Below, in pieces: positions 59,074-64,000 of a stretch of 64,000 bases of DNA. The first letter of the stretch is position 1, and each line of letters starts with the position of its first letter. The notes beneath the pieces are model-generated. The model was not told the DNA's origin, ran no database searches, and saw nothing but the letters and a program-made list of their open reading frames with translations. Where the stretch lies: positions 352,001-416,000 of the forward strand of contig OZ242365.1 of assembly GCA_965208905.1 (NCBI GenBank). The letters run 5' to 3'. This DNA is from Nitrosopumilaceae archaeon. GTDB lineage: Archaea > Thermoproteota > Nitrososphaeria > Nitrososphaerales > Nitrosopumilaceae. The position numbers and the translations under genes were made by a program.

Positions 59074-60273
59074 GTGGATCCAATAGACCGTCTCTTAGAT
59101 GAAGCAGAATCAGGCCTCTCTCTGATTAAGAATCGGGATGCCTTACGCTTTACATTCATCCCAGATAGAATACAACATAGAGATAACGAATTAACACAAG
59201 TAACACAATCATTACTACCCATACTTAAACAATCTAGACCATCCAATCTACTAGTGTATGGTAAACCAGGTACGGGAAAGACTCTTGTAGTTAAAAAAGT
59301 GATATCAAAGATTCAAGAGCGTGTGAAATCCACCAACTTTCCCATAAAATTAGTGTATACTAACTCAAAGGTTGAGACTACTCTGTACGGTCTGTTGTTG
59401 AACTTTGGTCGTCAATTAGATATGTCTGAGAAGGAACTACCATGGACTGGAATATCCATAAGTGAGGTATTTAGGAGAATTCTGGATGTTATAAACAACA
59501 AAAAACTAAACGTCATACTGGTGATCGATGAGATAGACTTTCTAGTCAAATTAGTTACAAAAGGAAATAAAGACATTCTATACCATATCACAAGAGCTAA
59601 TGAGAGATTGAATAATGGTTCTCTTACTCTGGTGGGAATATCTAATAATTTAACATTCAAAGATCATCTTGATCCTAGGGTAATAAGCACATTAGGTGAA
59701 GAAGAGGTTGTCTTTACAAGTTATACTATAGAGCAACTACGCTCTATAATACAAGAGAGAATAAGAATGGCATTTGATAGAGATGTAGTATATGACTCCA
59801 CACTGAATCTCTGCGCAGCGTATGCAGGCCGTGAGCATGGTGATGCCCGCCGAGCAATAGACTTGATTCGTGTAGCAGGTGAGATTGCCGAACGGGATCA
59901 ATCTACATCTGTACAACCAGACCATATTGAAGAGGCATTAAAGAAAATTGAAGAAGACAAAGAGACGGCAGCCCTAAAATCCTACCCACTACACGAGAAA
60001 CTTTTGATATTGGGTGTAATGCGTACGGATGGTTCTACTACTGGGAGTATATACAATGTATACAAAGAGATGTGTAGAAAGATACAACAGAAAGAGCTCT
60101 CATATCGTCGCATAACACAAATGCTTAGTGAGATAGAGATGTCTGGTTTAATATCCAGTCGTTTGGTCCATCAAGGCGTACATGGCAACACAAAAAAATT
60201 CAAACTGACCATATCACAAAGTATAGTCAAAGAGACATTATACCTAGATGATACATTAAGAGAGTTAATTTGA
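59074..60273 (+). CDS. cdc6: Orc1/Cdc6 replication initiator
   Basis: GKPGTGKT, IDEID, GISN, GDARRAIDL, C-terminal winged helix. Confidence 0.96.
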   Translation: MDPIDRLLDEAESGLSLIKNRDALRFTFIPDRIQHRDNELTQVTQSLLPILKQSRPSNLLVYGKPGTGKTLVVKKVISKIQERVKSTNFPIKLVYTNSKVETTLYGLLLNFGRQLDMSEKELPWTGISISEVFRRILDVINNKKLNVILVIDEIDFLVKLVTKGNKDILYHITRANERLNNGSLTLVGISNNLTFKDHLDPRVISTLGEEEVVFTSYTIEQLRSIIQERIRMAFDRDVVYDSTLNLCAAYAGREHGDARRAIDLIRVAGEIAERDQSTSVQPDHIEEALKKIEEDKETAALKSYPLHEKLLILGVMRTDGSTTGSIYNVYKEMCRKIQQKELSYRRITQMLSEIEMSGLISSRLVHQGVHGNTKKFKLTISQSIVKETLYLDDTLRELI

Positions 60274-61677
60274 GAAATCCCTTAAGACTATCTGATGAGT
60301 CTTTAAGTTGAACAATACTGCAATACCGGGTGTAGGTACCTGACCCACGCGTAATTGAAAAGGTGTCTGTCTCTGCCAAGCGCCAGAGTTTATCACCTTT
60401 ACTCCCTTGTATACATCTATCTCAGTTACATGGACATGGCCTGCATGAAACACATCAGGTATATTCTCTATAACCAACAAATCCTCTTTTTCTGGGGCAA
60501 TGGGGGTCTGGCTCCCAAATATGGGAGATAGATGCCTCGCACGCAGTATACTTCTCATTACATCTGCCGGATGAGCGTACTCCATACCGGCCACCCCCTT
60601 TACTATATCATCAATACTCTGTCCGTGAAACATCAATACTTTGATATTATTTACGCTTATCATGGCAGGATTTCCCAACATGAATATATTCTCCTTATTC
60701 CAAAGGTTTGGAGCACTACCTTGTGGTATGGCTGGTTGGGGCAGGGCGCGGCGGCCCGGGTCGTGATTACCAGGAGAGATAAAGACTTTGATATAATCAG
60801 GTATTAACGAGAGTAACTCAGCAGCCTTCTCTAACTGTTTGTATGTAGTCTTCTCTTCCAACTCTTTATCTTGATCCGGAAATATACCCACACCATCTAT
60901 GATATCCCCAGCTATCAGAATGAACCGTACCTTTAAGGCGTATGGATCAGAACTTGACAACCAATCCAGAAACTCCCTAAACTCCCTCTCCATGAAATAC
61001 TTACTTCCTATATGTAAATCCGAGAGTAGTATGGCAAACGCTTCACTGTCACCTTTATTTGTGCTATGCAGGGGCACGTCTGGTTGTATTATATCGGTGA
61101 ATTTTACATCATCACCCTGCTTGTCAACCTTTACCATCACAAATTGATCTAGAAACAACTCTCTGAGCGTATTACGAGCCTGGTCTACAATAAATCCCTC
61201 CAGAGTTCCAGTCATATCCTCTACAGTAAGCCGAAAAGTGTTGTCTTTGATGACTTTATTATTTACAAGACCACAAACATAGGAATCCTGCTCATCTTTG
61301 TTATGTATGTTTGATATATTTTTTAGATTCTTAGCTTCAGGACGCTGTTCCATTATATTTTTTAATTTTTCAAATCTACTTTTAAAAAGTGAATCAAAAC
61401 CCTCACTTTCTCCCGGCATGGTTAGACGGGCAGTACAGTCAAAGAGTATCTCATGTTTACTCTGTATGTTTGTGTCTACTTCAAGTCCCAAATATCTTAT
61501 AATATCATTACCGGTTATGTGAAAATCTTGGTCAATCGACTTTTCTCGTATTATCTCTTTGATGATTTTATCGAGGTTTTTGTCTTCCACACCACCTAAT
61601 ATCTCTACGACCTCTGGATGTATTTGGAAACCCTTCTTGAAAGCATAATCTAGGGCTCTTTTTACATTTCTTCGCAT
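60265..61677 (-). CDS. polB: DNA polymerase D small subunit DP1
   Basis: SDLHIGS, GDIIDGVG, PGNHD, HGQS, GHVH, NSGAWQ. Confidence 0.95.
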   Translation of the reverse strand: MRRNVKRALDYAFKKGFQIHPEVVEILGGVEDKNLDKIIKEIIREKSIDQDFHITGNDIIRYLGLEVDTNIQSKHEILFDCTARLTMPGESEGFDSLFKSRFEKLKNIMEQRPEAKNLKNISNIHNKDEQDSYVCGLVNNKVIKDNTFRLTVEDMTGTLEGFIVDQARNTLRELFLDQFVMVKVDKQGDDVKFTDIIQPDVPLHSTNKGDSEAFAILLSDLHIGSKYFMEREFREFLDWLSSSDPYALKVRFILIAGDIIDGVGIFPDQDKELEEKTTYKQLEKAAELLSLIPDYIKVFISPGNHDPGRRALPQPAIPQGSAPNLWNKENIFMLGNPAMISVNNIKVLMFHGQSIDDIVKGVAGMEYAHPADVMRSILRARHLSPIFGSQTPIAPEKEDLLVIENIPDVFHAGHVHVTEIDVYKGVKVINSGAWQRQTPFQLRVGQVPTPGIAVLFNLKTHQIVLRDFSN

Positions 61678-61794
61678 ACAACACTACTATATTGTATGCA
61701 GAATAAAACCTAAGGCTTCCTACAAATTTTGAACTACATTCCTCTACAAGGTAGCCTGCAGGCCCGCGGCTTGTAAAGGATCGACTCGGCGCCG

Positions 61795-61852
61795 GCATCG
61801 CCAACATCTGCCGTACGGCAGGCTGGTATGTACCTGTAACTTCCCAGTTCCC
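61795..61852 (+). other. Orphan tnpB-element right-end / omega-RNA-like fragment
   Basis: CCAACATCTGCCGTACGGCAGGCTGGTA (61801-61828) matches the B1 end motif and the fragment ends in CAGTTCC like the B2/B3 TIR. Confidence 0.65.
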
Positions 61853-61895
61853 ATGAACCCAACCACAAATATGTCACTACACATTAGACATTTTA

Positions 61896-62411
61896 GTGAA
61901 CCGCATCTATGCCTTCTTTGGTTTTATGGTAGTCTTTACCTCGGCATTTTATGCGGGATCCCTCTTTGAGCATGACCCATTGCAAGCTCAGTTGTTAGTG
62001 GATGAGTTTATGGAGAGTATAGAGGGTATAGACGGGCTGGGAATATTTACGCATAACCTATCTTTGTCACTTCCAATGTTTATACCAGGCTTTGGCGTGG
62101 CCTGGGGAATATTTTCAGGCATATCCACAGGGTATATACTCTCTGCCATTATTACACTCAACCCGGAGGTGGCAATATCACCCTTGGAGTTGTTGTTTTT
62201 ATCACCATTTGGCCTTTTAGAGATAACGGCCTACTCTCTGGCAGGCTCACGCAGTTTTTTGTTGGTTTACAAAATGATACAGAAAGTTAGCATAAGACCC
62301 GACGCCAGAATAGTTGCTACGGAAGTAGGGATAGTCGCCGGTCTACTGTTTGCTGGCGGGATTATAGAGTATTATATGATTGAGATGGCAAGAGAGGCAG
62401 GCATCTTTTAA
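61896..62411 (+). CDS. Stage II sporulation protein M-like membrane protein
   Basis: IFTHN, PFGLLE, AGGIIE. Confidence 0.82.
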   Translation: MNRIYAFFGFMVVFTSAFYAGSLFEHDPLQAQLLVDEFMESIEGIDGLGIFTHNLSLSLPMFIPGFGVAWGIFSGISTGYILSAIITLNPEVAISPLELLFLSPFGLLEITAYSLAGSRSFLLVYKMIQKVSIRPDARIVATEVGIVAGLLFAGGIIEYYMIEMAREAGIF

Positions 62412-63529
62412 TGTCTTCCAAAGACGCCCCAGCGGCTCTTCTTGTATCCCCCTATTACACGGTCTAGCATATCATATGTGATGGTAAAACCATTTCCAAC
62501 CATGGTGTCATTCTTGTCATATTTACCTGGGTCGTCCACGACATCTCTTATCTTTCTGGATTTGATGTCTCGAAGGAACAACCTCTTTCCATCCTCTAAT
62601 GATACAATCATATCATCACTCAGACCTATTATGGAATACTTTTCAAAGAAGCGTATGGAGCCACCCTTTCGTACCATCACACTACAGTCGTATGTAGCTT
62701 TACTCCCATAGATGGAGATGTCGTGGCCTATAATGCGAACATCATCTTCCATGTTTTTGATGATTATGTTCTCCCCCTCCAATAGTACAGTGTCAGTAGC
62801 GTTCTCCAACACCACACTTCCATGAGGCGCATACAGGTGCGTTCTATGCTCTTGTACTGTGTACAGACCCACGCGGCCGTCCGGGTCATTAACCCTGTAC
62901 TTTCTACCGCGAACATCCCCCACCACAATGTTGCCTCTCTCGGCAGTTATGTTGGCCCCGTTCTCTATACGGTATCTATTCTTTAAAGGGTCAACCATCT
63001 TAAAGTCGCCCGATTGTAGTTTGATATCAGTCTTGAACTCTTTGGTCCATGATGGACTGTTTATGCTGCCCTGCATCAGCATAGGGCCAGCATATGTCAG
63101 GGCACCTGCCATGTAGTTTCCCTTCATGTATAATGTTTTATTGGCTTTCACCTCAAACTCCATCTCACCAAACGTCTTTGAGCCGAACATTCGGGTTCCA
63201 GTTACACCACTGCGCAGGAGGGCTCCGGCCCACTCTTGCGCAGCATTCATCTGGGCGCTTATCTCCTGTCCTAATATCTCATTTCTCTTCTTTATCTCCC
63301 GGTCCGTATCACCCGAGAAGACCCGAGAGTTTCGTAATTTTTCCAGAGGTGTGTCTGGATACTTCTTTCCCCTCTTTAGATCCTCGTAAGCCTGCTTTAT
63401 CTTCATGAATCTACTACTGTCCCCACCCCGGTCTGAATGCTCTAATAGTGCCATGTGCCGGAAGGCATCCCGGATGTCTTTCTGAGTAGCCCCCTCTTTT
63501 ATCCCTAGAATATCATAGTTGCTCTCCAT
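62408..63529 (-). CDS. J-domain protein with C-terminal beta-rich domain
   Basis: YDILG...HSDRGG...IKQAYE. Confidence 0.8.
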   Translation of the reverse strand: MESNYDILGIKEGATQKDIRDAFRHMALLEHSDRGGDSSRFMKIKQAYEDLKRGKKYPDTPLEKLRNSRVFSGDTDREIKKRNEILGQEISAQMNAAQEWAGALLRSGVTGTRMFGSKTFGEMEFEVKANKTLYMKGNYMAGALTYAGPMLMQGSINSPSWTKEFKTDIKLQSGDFKMVDPLKNRYRIENGANITAERGNIVVGDVRGRKYRVNDPDGRVGLYTVQEHRTHLYAPHGSVVLENATDTVLLEGENIIIKNMEDDVRIIGHDISIYGSKATYDCSVMVRKGGSIRFFEKYSIIGLSDDMIVSLEDGKRLFLRDIKSRKIRDVVDDPGKYDKNDTMVGNGFTITYDMLDRVIGGYKKSRWGVFGRH

Positions 63530-63596
63530 GAGTATGTAATGCTATATTATCACTTTTTTATGATTCTTTTTTTGACTCTGGTGCCACTGACCTTAA

Positions 63597-64000
63597 GGGA
63601 ATTATATACAAAAGTACACAGCCTCGGCTGTACACTCATGCCTTTTCTGACGGCTTTTTTGTATACAGTGGAGCATAGAAGGTGTTGGCTTGTAGTCCTC
63701 CTTGTGCCCCGGCCGTCTTAGGACGACCTTCCCCGCCGCCCTATGCAGAATATTCCAGGCGGCATTGACATCCGCGTGGAATACCCTGGTACAATTAGTG
63801 CAAATGAATTTGTCGCGTGATATACGCGACTCTGAATCTACGTAACCACACACATGGCACGTCTGGCTCGTATATTTGGCCGATGCCCCCAACAGCGGTA
63901 TGTTGTGCATCTCACACCACTGCGCAAGCTTGCGCAGGAACTCCCCAACATGGTTCTCCCGCATTGAACGGTTCATGGCGCGTTTGTAATTCCCGCCATA
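63597..64000 (-). mobile_element. Partial TIR element carrying tnpB (element A2, truncated by window edge)
   Basis: GGGAATTATATAC at 63597-63609, identical to the first 13 bp of the A1 TIR. Confidence 0.8.
63602..64000 (-). CDS. tnpB: TnpB, C-terminal part
   Basis: YTSQTCHVCG...CTNC, HADVNAAWNI; frame continues off the window; stop inside the TIR. Confidence 0.88.
   Translation of the reverse strand, partial: YGGNYKRAMNRSMRENHVGEFLRKLAQWCEMHNIPLLGASAKYTSQTCHVCGYVDSESRISRDKFICTNCTRVFHADVNAAWNILHRAAGKVVLRRPGHKEDYKPTPSMLHCIQKSRQKRHECTAEAVYFCI

Overview
Chromosomal segment of an ammonia-oxidising-type archaeon (Nitrosopumilaceae/Cenarchaeum-like, inferred from polD, cdc6, GGGP synthase, SepF, a CFI-box-CTERM protein and cobalamin genes). 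It includes the probable replication origin (ORB boxes upstream of cdc6) and mostly housekeeping genes. The main observation is a set of five tnpB genes (four complete, one cut by the window edge) with intact RuvC motifs and no tnpA. Instead of IS200/IS605 ends they sit between terminal inverted repeats, and three of the four complete elements have 8-bp target-site duplications. This is the signature of DDE transposition, best matching the IS1595 family. There are three distinct TIR types. In each element the tnpB reading frame runs through the predicted omega-RNA region and stops inside the TIR. One element has a 113-bp TIR that puts a second, outward-facing omega-RNA-like copy at its left end. 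An orphan omega-RNA-like end and a decayed tnpB relic are also present. Near the origin are an 18-copy GTGAT/ATCAC array around a membrane-anchored winged-helix gene and a ~295-nt SRP-like RNA candidate with a non-canonical helix 8. All calls were made by eye without database searches.
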